A DNA stretch of 63,777 nucleotides, counting the filler. It is 4 parts of 4 records of this genome, joined end to end, with 100 filler letters (N's around TTAATTAATTAA, not from the genome) between each part and the next. Parts side by side here need not be neighbours in the genome. Positions count along the whole stretch, not along the records: positions 23,279 to 41,248 come from SRR22947727_2586; 3 more parts are not named here. The stretch is one strand, 5' to 3'. The position numbers and the translations under genes are program-made. Numbering within the stretch: position 1 is the stretch's first letter; each line of letters begins with the position of its first letter. The notes under the pieces were generated by a model, which ran no database searches, was not told the origin of the DNA, and saw only the letters and a program-made list of their open reading frames with translations. Below are positions 27,975-37,314 of this stretch, in pieces.

Positions 27975-29798
27975 ATGATTCGGATTTCCCTCGTCCTCGC
28001 TTGTTCGTTCGCACTCAACTCTTTCGCCGATGACTGGCCGCAATGGCGTGGCCCAAATCGTGACGCTAAATCAGCCGAAACCGGCTTGCTAAAAGAGTGG
28101 CCGGAAGCTGGCCCCAAAGTCATTTGGCGAATCGAAAACGTTGGCGTCGGCTACTCATCCGTTTCTGTTTCTGACGGGAAAATCTACACGATGGGTGATC
28201 TTGAAGGCGTTGAACACATCATCGCGCTCGACGAAAAAACAGGGAAGCAACTCTGGGCCGTTCAACCTGCGCCTGTGGCCGACAAACTAAATGCGAAAGT
28301 AGACGAACAATTCGCGAAGTTTGATCAAGACAGCGACGGATCACTTTCGGAAAAAGAAGCCCTTGAAGGACTCGGCGAGCAATTTCTGAAAAGCGATTCA
28401 ACAAACGAATCCGCCGACGCCGCAGCGGTTGCAAAAACCCGAGCCCAAAATTTTATCGCTACATTCAATAAGAACGACGACGCAAAGCTTGGCCCCGACG
28501 AAATCCCCCGCCAACTCGGTCGCGAAGCGGCTCGGATCGACGCCGCTTCCGGTGGACGCAAGGAAATCAATTCGATCGCAGAGGCCCGCGCTGCGGCAAC
28601 CATCAAAGCGCTCGACGAAGATGCCGATAATCAGGTGTCGAAAAAAGAAACCCGCAATGGAATCGTAAGCGGCTACTTCTCGAAAGCAGACACTCCGATC
28701 GATGGAGGCAAAAAAGGCGATGAACAACTAACTGCCGAAGAGCTTCAAACTTACTTTTCGAAAGCTGAAAAAGGAAAAGACGGCGATATCACCGCTGAGG
28801 AGCTGACCCAATTTTTCGAGCGAAACCATCCGGGACAAGACGGAATCCTAACGAAGGCTGATTTGAAACGATCGATCGGCGGATATCGAAATGGTCAAGG
28901 CGACGGACCACGGGGAACCCCCACCGTTTCCGGCGACACGATTTTCACAGAAGGAGGAAATGGCGATGTAACGGCACTTGCAAGCGCCACCGGGTCAACT
29001 CTCTGGCACGTAAACCTTGTAGAGAACTTCGGTGGCAAGCGCCCTGGCTGGGGCTATTCAGAATCGCCACTTCTACTGAATGGCTCACTGATCGTAACTC
29101 CAGGAGGACCAAACGGAACTGTATTGGCTCTGAATTCAAGCAACGGAACCTCCAACTGGCAAAGCAGCGGACTCACCCAAACCGCTCACTACGCTTCACC
29201 AATCATCACCGAAATCGCCGGTAGAAAACAGATCGTTCAATTCGGGCGTGAAAGCATGTTTGGCGTCGCGGCTGACGGCGGCGACCTTCTCTGGCAATAT
29301 TCCGATGCGGCCAACGGCACCGCCAATTGCGCCACTGCGATTGTCGACGGCGATTTGGTTCTGGCATCAAGTGCTTACGGAACGGGCGGCGGCGTCGCAA
29401 AAATCTCTGCAAAGGGTGATGCTCAAAACGCAGAACCAGTTTGGTTCGAAAAATCTTTCGCCAACCATCACGGCGGACTCGTCAAAGTCGGCGACCACGT
29501 CTACGGCTTTGGCGGCAACAGCTTGTTCTGCGTGGATTTCAAAACGGGAGAAATCGCCTGGCAGGAAAAAAGCGTCGGCAAAGGCTCGCTGATTTATGCG
29601 GACGGGCTCCTCTATTGTCAGGGCGAACGTCACCAAATTGCCCTGGTCGAGGCCAATCCTGAAAAATATGTCGAAAAGGGAATTTTCAAAATTGAAGAAC
29701 AAGGTCGCCCGAGCTGGGCTCATCCAGTCATCGCAAATGGCGTCCTTTACATTCGCGATCAGCACACGCTGACTGCTTACGACGTTTCAGCGAGATAA
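27975..29798 (+). CDS. Secreted PQQ-like/BamB-type beta-propeller protein with an inserted EF-hand region
   Basis: Signal peptide, DWPQWRGPNRD (PVC propeller family), YSESP, YASP, G+++W blade repeats, WAHPVIANG.LYIRD. Confidence 0.85.
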   Translation: MIRISLVLACSFALNSFADDWPQWRGPNRDAKSAETGLLKEWPEAGPKVIWRIENVGVGYSSVSVSDGKIYTMGDLEGVEHIIALDEKTGKQLWAVQPAPVADKLNAKVDEQFAKFDQDSDGSLSEKEALEGLGEQFLKSDSTNESADAAAVAKTRAQNFIATFNKNDDAKLGPDEIPRQLGREAARIDAASGGRKEINSIAEARAAATIKALDEDADNQVSKKETRNGIVSGYFSKADTPIDGGKKGDEQLTAEELQTYFSKAEKGKDGDITAEELTQFFERNHPGQDGILTKADLKRSIGGYRNGQGDGPRGTPTVSGDTIFTEGGNGDVTALASATGSTLWHVNLVENFGGKRPGWGYSESPLLLNGSLIVTPGGPNGTVLALNSSNGTSNWQSSGLTQTAHYASPIITEIAGRKQIVQFGRESMFGVAADGGDLLWQYSDAANGTANCATAIVDGDLVLASSAYGTGGGVAKISAKGDAQNAEPVWFEKSFANHHGGLVKVGDHVYGFGGNSLFCVDFKTGEIAWQEKSVGKGSLIYADGLLYCQGERHQIALVEANPEKYVEKGIFKIEEQGRPSWAHPVIANGVLYIRDQHTLTAYDVSAR

Positions 29799-29811
29799 GT
29801 TCTCACAAGTC

Positions 29812-29896
29812 AACAGGGTATGCTCATCGTTCATACCCTATTGATTCGAAATGCTTCCACGATCAAACAGAGTTGATTCGTTGAACATACCCTGTT
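29812..29896. repeat. Two copies of a 31-nt REP-like palindrome (29812-29842, 29866-29896)
   Basis: AACAGGGTATG...CATACCCTATT and AACAGAGTTG...CATACCCTGTT; related copies at 33474 and 39850. Confidence 0.75.
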
Positions 29897-29906
29897 GATT
29901 CGTAGC

Positions 29907-30572
29907 GTGCCTATAATCTCGGTCATCATTCCCACGTGGAACGAAGCGGCAACGATTTGCGAAACCATCGCGACGTTAAATCGGGAGGACTGTGAACTTG
30001 AGGTAATTGTGGTCGATGGCGGCAGCCCGGATGACACCTGCGAACGCGCACGAACTGCCGGAGCCGATGAAGTCTTTGTTTTGGAAACGGGGGGGCGTCC
30101 TTTTCAAATGAATGAGGGTGCCGCACGAGCATCTCAAGAATCTGAGTGGCTGCTTTTCCTTCATGCCGACACCGTGTTGCCGGGATCGGGATTGTCTCAG
30201 ATTGCGAACCAACCTGCATCTGTGGTCGGCGGTGCCTTTCAGCGGCGCTTTGATTCATCTTCGTGGCTTCTCGGACTCACTGCGTGGATTTCGGATTTTC
30301 GATCGTGCCGTGGAATCTTCCTGGGGGATCAGGCCATCTTCGTGAGGCGCGAAGTTTTTGAAAAACTCGAAGGTTACGACACCACGTTTACGATGTGTGA
30401 AGATATCGATTTCACAAAACGGATGCGAGAATTGGGCGACACCGCAATGATTCTTGGGCCAGCAATTAGTTCAGCGCGACGCTTCGATAAACTGGGAGTC
30501 TTTGTCCGAAGCGTGCTCGACTTTTGGATCACGTTCCGCTTCTTGGCGAATCAGCAAAAATTTCGTCGCTGA
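29907..30572 (+). CDS. GT2 glycosyltransferase, TIGR04283-like
   Basis: ISVIIPTWNE, VVDGGSPD, GR..QMN.GA, LLFLHADT, GDQAIFV, EDI and SSARRF motifs. Confidence 0.85.
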   Translation: MPIISVIIPTWNEAATICETIATLNREDCELEVIVVDGGSPDDTCERARTAGADEVFVLETGGRPFQMNEGAARASQESEWLLFLHADTVLPGSGLSQIANQPASVVGGAFQRRFDSSSWLLGLTAWISDFRSCRGIFLGDQAIFVRREVFEKLEGYDTTFTMCEDIDFTKRMRELGDTAMILGPAISSARRFDKLGVFVRSVLDFWITFRFLANQQKFRR

Positions 30573-30576
30573 TCGC

Positions 30577-33396
30577 TTAGCGATTTTCGACGACAAACAT
30601 CGAACCACGCATCGCCCTCCAGTGGCCAGGATAGGTGCAAATGTAAGGGTATTCGCCCGACTCCTCGGGAGCAAAGAATCGCAGTACATGCGACCGCGCA
30701 CTTCCAATTGTCAGCTGCGGCGTTGCGTGAAGAACGCCCGGATCATCTGGAATGTAATTTTTCTGCAGTCCATCGGGTTTTCCCGCCATGATGTCTGCAG
30801 CCAGTCCCACCCGATCCAACGCACCGAGATCAACAATCGCGAGGTTGTGATACAGGTTGTCAGGATTGTAGAAACTCAGCTCAACAGCGGAGCCTGGTGG
30901 CACCGTAAACTGATCGGGATCAAACCTGAGGTTGGCAGTCGCAGAGATCCTAATTTTTGTCAGATTTAGGTGTTCTGAATTTTCCGGCCACGCCGCTTTC
31001 GGAATCCGCTTCAACGCATCCAGAGCGGCAAACGCGAGCGTTATATTGCTCTCTTTGTTTTCAGTCGCGATTTTTGCAAACGTCGCTGCAGATGTTTTAT
31101 CATGCGCCGAAAACAACGGAAGGGCTTTGATCGCGTTCATTCTGGCTGCGCCGGTTCCATTGACATTTTCAGTAACGAGAGGAAGCCAGGACTCATCGAT
31201 TTTTCCGCGTCCAGCCTGCGGCATCGCAGCAATCCACTGTGCGGGAGGTATTCCGGGTTCAGGTGCCGTCTTTTGACGGAGAAGAACCGCAAGCGCAGCA
31301 TTACGGACGTTTGATGTCTTGGTTTTTGAAGCCAGCTGTTTCAGTGGATCTGCCTTTTTAACCAGTGAGGCAGCATCCCAACTAAGGAGGAGGTTTTCAA
31401 TTTTACCCTCGCTAATTTCGCGCCCGGGAGCATCGCTTCCAAGCATGTAGAACAACTGATCTATTGATTCACGACCTTCCGGCTTTCCTAAAACACGAAG
31501 GGCCGATCGTTTTTCATCCACGGCAATCGACGGACGGGCCAAAATCTCTCCTGCGTTTTCAGGAGTCGGGCCACGGGTTAACAATTCTTCATCGGAGAGA
31601 TTTGGAAGCAAAAAGGCACCTACGCTCGGTGGGACTGCAGCTACATTTTCACTGAGGTAGCCGAGCGTTTCCCGGGCTGCGAGTTCGAATCCGTGATCCA
31701 TTTCGAGGTCGAGCGCCTTTGCCGCTATCGCAATAACAGCCCCGGAATTCGGATGAAACCCCGCAGCGATCATTGCTTCAAGGCGAACGCGTTGATTGGA
31801 ATCTGTGATGGCCGCTTCAAGCATCGGCAATGTTTGAGCTTCAGGAAGATCGCTTTGCCAATGGCGCAATATCCGGACCGCCGCAGTTCTCGCATCATGA
31901 TCTCTTGAAGCCAGGAGTCTTCCCAAACGTTTCGGCTGGGGATCGTTGAAGTTTTGGTAAAGCCAAAGAACCTCAGTCAACGCATGGTCGTTGCCCTTGT
32001 GTTTCACTTGCCATACATCAGCCGCCTCAAGCACCGCTTTTTGTTCACGCTGCTGGAGTTCACGACGTGCGTGATATCCCCAGCGTTCGTTCGGAGAAAG
32101 AAGTAATTCTAAAAGAGCTTCGTTTTCGGCAGTACGAATTTCGGGCTGCCACGGAGTGGGCCGATCTTTCGCGGTGACTCGCCAGACGCGACCGTGAGTT
32201 TGAATCCGACGGGGATCACGAAAACTATAGGTCGTGTGCCCCACGATCGGATTGTAATAATCCAGAATGTAGAGGGCTCCATCGGGCCCGATTTGTTGGG
32301 CGACGGGTCGAAATGTGATATCGCTGCAGCTCAGCAATTCGCCGCTTCCCTCACCTTCGCCTTCTTTCAAATAGGGTTGCTCGGTAGAATATCCGCTGCC
32401 TTCCTGATTCATTTTATACCACCGAACGCCGTGCCAACCCTTCATCTGATTGTTGGTATACCAGCCACGAACTTCTTCAGGCCAATGTTCGTGAGCTAAG
32501 ATCTCATTTCCGCAAGAAGGGCGTCGCCCATTGGGAGTGAATGAAAACCCACCACGCTTTTTTGTGTAATTCGCATACTTGTCCTGTTTCGGATAATCGA
32601 ACCGGCTGGACATGTGAGTCAGGTAATAATCCATCGCCGGCGAAGCATCTGCCAAAAGCGGCTCACCCCATTTGCCGAAAATGATTCCCCATGGATTTGA
32701 GAAACCGAAGCTGGAGTGCACTTCGAGTCGATGATCGCGAGGATCCAATCGAAAAATCGTTCCTTCAAATGCACGCAGCGGACCATGAGGAGTTTCGACC
32801 TGAGTGTTTAAAAACAGGCCCTGCCCAAAATGCAGCCGACCATCGGGTGCCCACTGAAACGCTGAAATGTAGTGATGATTGTCTTCGGTTCCGAATCCGT
32901 GCATCATTATTTCAACCTCATCAGCTTTGAGATCGCCGTCGGTATCCGTAAGCTTTAACAAATTTGGCTCGCTGGCGACATAAACAGTTTTTCCACCGTC
33001 AGCTACAGTCAGGCCCATCGGAAGATACAATTCATCGTAAAACACGGTCGATTTATCGGCCACACCATCGTGATCGGTGTCCTCGAGAACCACAATGGAA
33101 TCGCGCGGCTTTTCGTCCGGCTTTGCATGGGGCTGGCTCGCAACACACGACACCCACAACCGGCCCTGCGAATCGAAAGTCATTCCCGCAGGGCTTTCGA
33201 TCTCCGTTTCAACTTCTGATGCCCATAGGTTGATCTGATATCCCTCCGCCATCGAAAAAGTTTTCAACGCCTCTTCCGGTGTCAGCATTTTCGGGGCTTC
33301 GCCTCCGATCAAATCGGTGGCGTTTACCGGGGAGGTTGCCACCGCTGCGACTATGAAAAAAATGGCGAGAACAAATGTTTGGATACTTCGCATCAT
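30577..33396 (-). CDS. PVC-type membrane-bound dehydrogenase-like propeller + HEAT repeats + C-terminal azurin/auracyanin-like cupredoxin
   Basis: LTPEEAL.TF..AEGY.I.LWASE, LEDTDHDG.AD, FRPV..GPDGALYILD, GRVWRVT and RVRLEA motifs; HN...YPYICTYPGHWRAM type-1 Cu ligands. Confidence 0.85.
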   Translation of the reverse strand: MMRSIQTFVLAIFFIVAAVATSPVNATDLIGGEAPKMLTPEEALKTFSMAEGYQINLWASEVETEIESPAGMTFDSQGRLWVSCVASQPHAKPDEKPRDSIVVLEDTDHDGVADKSTVFYDELYLPMGLTVADGGKTVYVASEPNLLKLTDTDGDLKADEVEIMMHGFGTEDNHHYISAFQWAPDGRLHFGQGLFLNTQVETPHGPLRAFEGTIFRLDPRDHRLEVHSSFGFSNPWGIIFGKWGEPLLADASPAMDYYLTHMSSRFDYPKQDKYANYTKKRGGFSFTPNGRRPSCGNEILAHEHWPEEVRGWYTNNQMKGWHGVRWYKMNQEGSGYSTEQPYLKEGEGEGSGELLSCSDITFRPVAQQIGPDGALYILDYYNPIVGHTTYSFRDPRRIQTHGRVWRVTAKDRPTPWQPEIRTAENEALLELLLSPNERWGYHARRELQQREQKAVLEAADVWQVKHKGNDHALTEVLWLYQNFNDPQPKRLGRLLASRDHDARTAAVRILRHWQSDLPEAQTLPMLEAAITDSNQRVRLEAMIAAGFHPNSGAVIAIAAKALDLEMDHGFELAARETLGYLSENVAAVPPSVGAFLLPNLSDEELLTRGPTPENAGEILARPSIAVDEKRSALRVLGKPEGRESIDQLFYMLGSDAPGREISEGKIENLLLSWDAASLVKKADPLKQLASKTKTSNVRNAALAVLLRQKTAPEPGIPPAQWIAAMPQAGRGKIDESWLPLVTENVNGTGAARMNAIKALPLFSAHDKTSAATFAKIATENKESNITLAFAALDALKRIPKAAWPENSEHLNLTKIRISATANLRFDPDQFTVPPGSAVELSFYNPDNLYHNLAIVDLGALDRVGLAADIMAGKPDGLQKNYIPDDPGVLHATPQLTIGSARSHVLRFFAPEESGEYPYICTYPGHWRAMRGSMFVVENR

Positions 33397-33465
33397 ACTA
33401 TAAAATTTTGCCAGAATAGGCAGTCACACGCAATAACCTGTTCAAGCGCCTGAGCTAATTATCCC

Positions 33466-33512
33466 AACGATCGAACAGGGTCTGTTCGTCGAACCAACCC
33501 TGTTCGATCGTT
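33466..33512. repeat. REP-like palindrome (31-nt core 33474-33504) in a perfect 15-bp stem
   Basis: AACGATCGAACAGGG / CCCTGTTCGATCGTT; core 26/31 identical to the reverse complement of 29866-29896. Confidence 0.75.
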
Positions 33513-34425
33513 ATTTCGGCGCCCCTGCTGCTTGCTGAATCTCTTTGTCGAGAGCATCGATTTGTTTGTCGAGCTGTTCCATTTCCGGCGGGTAGGTCAC
33601 GATGCCAAACGGTTTGTTTCGACGACCAAAAACATATTCGCCGTTCACTGGTCTCCATCGCAGCTGAAACTGACGGTTTTTTTCAATAATGAGTGTCCGG
33701 ATATTTTCTGATGTCGCTGATTTTGGAGCGGGCCAATTCATCTCTGCGGCCATGATATCAGCAACGATTTTGTATCCTGGATCGGTAAAATGAACTCCAT
33801 TGATCGTCAGTGGATCGCTGTAATTCTCAGCCATCAACGTTCGAGTCGGATGGAACAAATCAATGAAAGGCATTTCCTGCTCCTCAGCCAACCGGCGAAT
33901 CGCGTCGGTGTATTTTTCGAGAACGAGATTTCTTTTGGAGGGGTCGGGCCACGGCGCCTTCAATTTCTCATGGGCGGCGGGAGAAACTAAAACAATCCGT
34001 GAGGTTTGAGGAGTAATCCGCTCGATCAACGCGTGGTAATCAGAAATGAATTTTTCAATTCCCGCATCCCCTTGAAAGGCTTCATTCGATCCAAAGAAGA
34101 GAAAAATGACATCCGCTTTTTTATCAGTCAGATGCTCTTCAAGCATCCCAAAATTTAGAGGCCGAGGCATTAGATCGACCTTATCAGCACTCCAGCCCAT
34201 GTTCCGAAAACTCAGCCCGAGATCGGGATACGCGGATTGAATACGCTTTTCGAGGTATCCAGAATACTGAGCCCGAGATGCAAGAGTTCCACCAACAAGA
34301 ACGACCCGATCACCTTTGTTAAACGTGATTTTTTGATCTGCCGCTGACGCAAGATTGAAAAACAGAAATACTGCCAAACCAAAAAGACTCCAGTCGCGAA
34401 GTGGCGAGTTAGGAGTCTTTCTCAT
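33511..34425 (-). CDS. Secreted SGNH/GDSL hydrolase-fold protein
   Basis: GDRVVLVGGT, RNMGWSAD, FFGSNE and LTINGVHF blocks; signal peptide. Confidence 0.8.
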   Translation of the reverse strand: MRKTPNSPLRDWSLFGLAVFLFFNLASAADQKITFNKGDRVVLVGGTLASRAQYSGYLEKRIQSAYPDLGLSFRNMGWSADKVDLMPRPLNFGMLEEHLTDKKADVIFLFFGSNEAFQGDAGIEKFISDYHALIERITPQTSRIVLVSPAAHEKLKAPWPDPSKRNLVLEKYTDAIRRLAEEQEMPFIDLFHPTRTLMAENYSDPLTINGVHFTDPGYKIVADIMAAEMNWPAPKSATSENIRTLIIEKNRQFQLRWRPVNGEYVFGRRNKPFGIVTYPPEMEQLDKQIDALDKEIQQAAGAPK

Positions 34426-34457
34426 ATTCTAAGATGGCTTGAATTTTCTTTCTTAGA

Positions 34458-35252
34458 TCACTCAGCAGCCGGAATGGACTCAAGTGCTAGATTTGCCATC
34501 ACTTGGATGGTCCCTGCGGCAAGCGTTCCTAGAACACCTGAGGGTTTTCCATCCACAATTCGAACGACAGTGACACCGATAGGGTCACCATTCATATTGA
34601 AAACAACGATCCCCTGCCCTGTTCCTGCGGTGGTTACGTAAAACACGCGATCTTGTTTGAACACGCCTGTTATGCGGCCAACCATTACCGTCGGCATGTA
34701 GGTATAAATCGCTGATGAACGGGAAAGACCAACGACTTGATCTGCAGGCTGAGCGTCGGTAGCGAATTTAGAAAGATCAAGCATGTCAAATTTCTTATCC
34801 ACTGCGTTGGCTTTCACTTGGTCGGGAAGGATAAACGCAACATCCGCCTCCATATCCTGACGGATGACTTTTCCAGTGAGAACGGTCGAATCGCCATAAC
34901 TGATCTCAACTTCAGTGAATTCGGTTTTTGCGGTTTGGATGGTGACAACCTTGTCTTCCATCCGTGCCTGCTGATTCACAAGGCCCACACTTGCATCAAT
35001 TGCAACGTTAGAAACCATCACTAAACCATTTGCGGCAATCGTGACACCCAAAGTGCGGCGCTGCTGCTCATTCTGAGGCAACGGCTTATCAGTTGTGGTT
35101 GTGATCAACTTGCCTTTAGCGGTAACCACAACAATGGCTCCTTTGTGTTGATCAAGAATTTTACGGGCTTGGTCTTCGGTTTTTGCCTGACCGAAAGACA
35201 GCGCGGGTGTAAGCGCCAAAAGCGCAACGAATGTAGAAATTAGACGATTCAT
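34458..35252 (-). CDS. Secreted trypsin-like-fold protein, apparently non-catalytic
   Basis: Signal peptide; GVTIAANGLVM, D.EADVAFI and G..VFNMNGDPIGV resemble HtrA-type blocks. Confidence 0.55.
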   Translation of the reverse strand: MNRLISTFVALLALTPALSFGQAKTEDQARKILDQHKGAIVVVTAKGKLITTTTDKPLPQNEQQRRTLGVTIAANGLVMVSNVAIDASVGLVNQQARMEDKVVTIQTAKTEFTEVEISYGDSTVLTGKVIRQDMEADVAFILPDQVKANAVDKKFDMLDLSKFATDAQPADQVVGLSRSSAIYTYMPTVMVGRITGVFKQDRVFYVTTAGTGQGIVVFNMNGDPIGVTVVRIVDGKPSGVLGTLAAGTIQVMANLALESIPAAE

Positions 35253-35341
35253 CGAATGAGTCTGTTTTAGATAATATTTTGGTTAAAGGAGGAGGGTTTT
35301 ATAGAACGATTTGTCGAAATAACCAACGTGAAAATTGCGCC

Positions 35342-35395
35342 AAAAAAAACGCGCCCAAGTTGAAAGGGTGAGAACTCACCATCAACTGGACGCGT
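35342..35395 (-). terminator. Intrinsic terminator of the rpsD operon
   Basis: Long stem (ACGCG..AGTTGA..GGTGAG / CTCACC..TCAACT..CGCGT) followed by T8 on the minus strand. Confidence 0.8.
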
Positions 35396-35424
35396 AAATT
35401 TTTTCGATTTAAGTCGAACTGCGA

Positions 35425-36036
35425 TTAACGAGAGTAAAGCTCGACAACCAAACGCTCGTCTACCATCGGATCAAATTCTTCACGCTCAGGAACGCGATTC
35501 ACGGTGCCTGTCAACTTCTCGCGATCCAATTCCATCCAATCGCATGCAGGACGAGCCTGGGTTGAATCAGCAAGACGCATTCCAAGCTGCTGTGAACGGC
35601 TTGCCTCTGCAACTTTGACCACATCGCTCGGCTTAACTTGGTATGAAGGGATGTCGACTTTCTTGTCATTCACCAACACGTGACCGTGGTTTACAAATTG
35701 ACGTGCTCCACGACGAGTCGATCCCAAACCTAAGCGATAGCAAACGTTGTCGAGACGCATCTCAAGAATTTGAAGCAAATTCGTTCCAGTAATTCCGTCG
35801 CGACGCTGCGCCTCCTTAAAGTAAAGGCGGAACTGCTTTTCAAGAACACCGTACTGGAAGCGCAACTTCTGCTTCTCAGCGAGAGCAAGGGCATAGTCAC
35901 TCTGCTTACGACGTGCGCCACGTGCACCAACATGCCCCGGAGGGTAAGGGCGGCGTTCCAATGCTTTGGAAGGGCCAAAAAGCGGCACACCAAAACGGCG
36001 ATTAATTTTATCAATAGGGCCTCGATCTCTTGCCAT
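35425..36036 (-). CDS. rpsD: 30S ribosomal protein S4
   Basis: PPGHVG, SDY..L.EKQKLR..YG, LEMRLDN, ARQFVNHGH and VVELYSR motifs. Confidence 0.98.
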   Translation of the reverse strand: MARDRGPIDKINRRFGVPLFGPSKALERRPYPPGHVGARGARRKQSDYALALAEKQKLRFQYGVLEKQFRLYFKEAQRRDGITGTNLLQILEMRLDNVCYRLGLGSTRRGARQFVNHGHVLVNDKKVDIPSYQVKPSDVVKVAEASRSQQLGMRLADSTQARPACDWMELDREKLTGTVNRVPEREEFDPMVDERLVVELYSR

Positions 36037-36071
36037 GGTCTTAAAAGTAAAAGTTTAAATAAACGCGATGA

Positions 36072-36662
36072 TTATACGCGGCGCGCTTTCTTTGGACGAC
36101 ATCCGTTGTGTGGAACCGGCGTCACATCCTTAATTTTGGTGATTTCGATGCCCAACCCCTGAACAGCACGAACGGCTGACTCACGACCTGCACCTGGACC
36201 TTTGACACGAACTTCAGCCTGCTTCAGACCATGCCCCATTGCCTGACGGCAAGCATCTTGAGAAACCAGTTGAGCTGCATACGCGGTGCTCTTGCGAGAT
36301 CCGCGGAACCCCATCTTACCAGAACTTGACCATCCGAGAACGTTTCCATTCGCATCACTGCAAGTAACAATAGTATTATTGAAGGTGGCGTAAACATGAA
36401 CAATCCCAACGTGGATGTTCTTGCTTCCCTTGGCTTTAACAATCTTGTTTTTCTCCGCTTCCTCTCCGCCGTCAAGCTCAAGGAAAATATCCTCGGCCGT
36501 GCGGGGTTTCTCTGGCTTCTCATCAGCAGCAGGTGCCGCTTCAGCGGCCGCAGGTGCGTCAGCAGGAGCTGCGGTAGTTTCTTCAGCAGCAGGAGCTGCT
36601 GCTTCTTCAGGGGCAGCAGCCTCAGCCGCCACCTCTTCTTTGTTTTCAGGTTCGTCAGCCAT
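36072..36662 (-). CDS. rpsK: 30S ribosomal protein S11 with a long acidic N-terminal extension
   Basis: [21 protein letters not shown] and [18 protein letters not shown] motifs. Confidence 0.98.
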   Translation of the reverse strand: MADEPENKEEVAAEAAAPEEAAAPAAEETTAAPADAPAAAEAAPAADEKPEKPRTAEDIFLELDGGEEAEKNKIVKAKGSKNIHVGIVHVYATFNNTIVTCSDANGNVLGWSSSGKMGFRGSRKSTAYAAQLVSQDACRQAMGHGLKQAEVRVKGPGAGRESAVRAVQGLGIEITKIKDVTPVPHNGCRPKKARRV

Positions 36663-36682
36663 TTTCGTAAATTATAAAATTA

Positions 36683-37051
36683 TTAACGGACAACACCCAC
36701 TGTCTTCCGCTTCCCTTTACGCGTCCGCGCATTGGTTGAAGTTCGCTGGCCACGCACAGGGAGTCCCTTACGATGGCGAATGCCACGATTGCAGTTAATC
36801 GAAGTTAGACGCTTCAGGTGTCCCTGAAGTTCACGACGAAGATCACCTTCGATCATCACGTTGCTGTTTGTAACAGCGGCGGTGAGACGAGCAAGCTGAT
36901 CATCTGAAAGTTCACCGGTGCGGATATTTGGATCCAAATCAGCTTCTTCAAGGATCTTCTTGGCGGTATTTCGCCCAATTCCAAAGATGTAAGGAAGCGA
37001 CGCTTCAATACGTTTCTCATTGGGGATTTCAACTCCGAGCAATCTAGCCAT
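36683..37051 (-). CDS. rpsM: 30S ribosomal protein S13
   Basis: MARLLGVEIP, IFGIG, EGDLRR and RHRKGLPVRGQRTSTNARTRKG motifs. Confidence 0.98.
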   Translation of the reverse strand: MARLLGVEIPNEKRIEASLPYIFGIGRNTAKKILEEADLDPNIRTGELSDDQLARLTAAVTNSNVMIEGDLRRELQGHLKRLTSINCNRGIRHRKGLPVRGQRTSTNARTRKGKRKTVGVVR

Positions 37052-37084
37052 GGTCTTTAATAAATTCTAAAATTACGTGGGCAA

Positions 37085-37198
37085 TTAGCCCTGACGTTGC
37101 TTGTGGCGTGGGTTTTTACAAATCACGCGCACAATTCCTTCACGCCGGATGATCCGGCAGTCACTGCATAAACGTTTTACGGATGGTCTCACTTTCAT
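37085..37198 (-). CDS. rpmJ: 50S ribosomal protein L36 (zinc-binding form); missed by the ORF track
   Basis: Manual translation [37 protein letters not shown] (37 aa). Confidence 0.97.
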   Translation of the reverse strand: MKVRPSVKRLCSDCRIIRREGIVRVICKNPRHKQRQG

Positions 37199-37308
37199 GG
37201 AAAAAAATCACGGTGTGATTGAGTCTAACAAATTCCGTGCAGGGTTTGAATAAACCCCAATTCAATGGCACGGGCATAGACCTCGTTATGCCCAGTGCGG
37301 ACGCGAGG
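37199..37308 (-). promoter_or_regulatory. Structured 5' leader of rpmJ-rpsM-rpsK-rpsD (candidate pseudoknot r-leader)
   Basis: GGGCAUA/UAUGCCC hairpin whose loop CGAGG is complementary to upstream CCUCG; further hairpins CCGUGC..GGGUUU/AAACCC..GCACGG and AAUCAC/GUGAUU. Confidence 0.5.
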
Positions 37309-37314
37309 ACGGGA

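Noticed and set aside
29812-29896. CRISPR array from the 31-nt palindromes (also the 56058-56126 repeats)
   Set aside because: Only two degenerate copies per site, dispersed and in both orientations, with no regular spacers and no cas genes.
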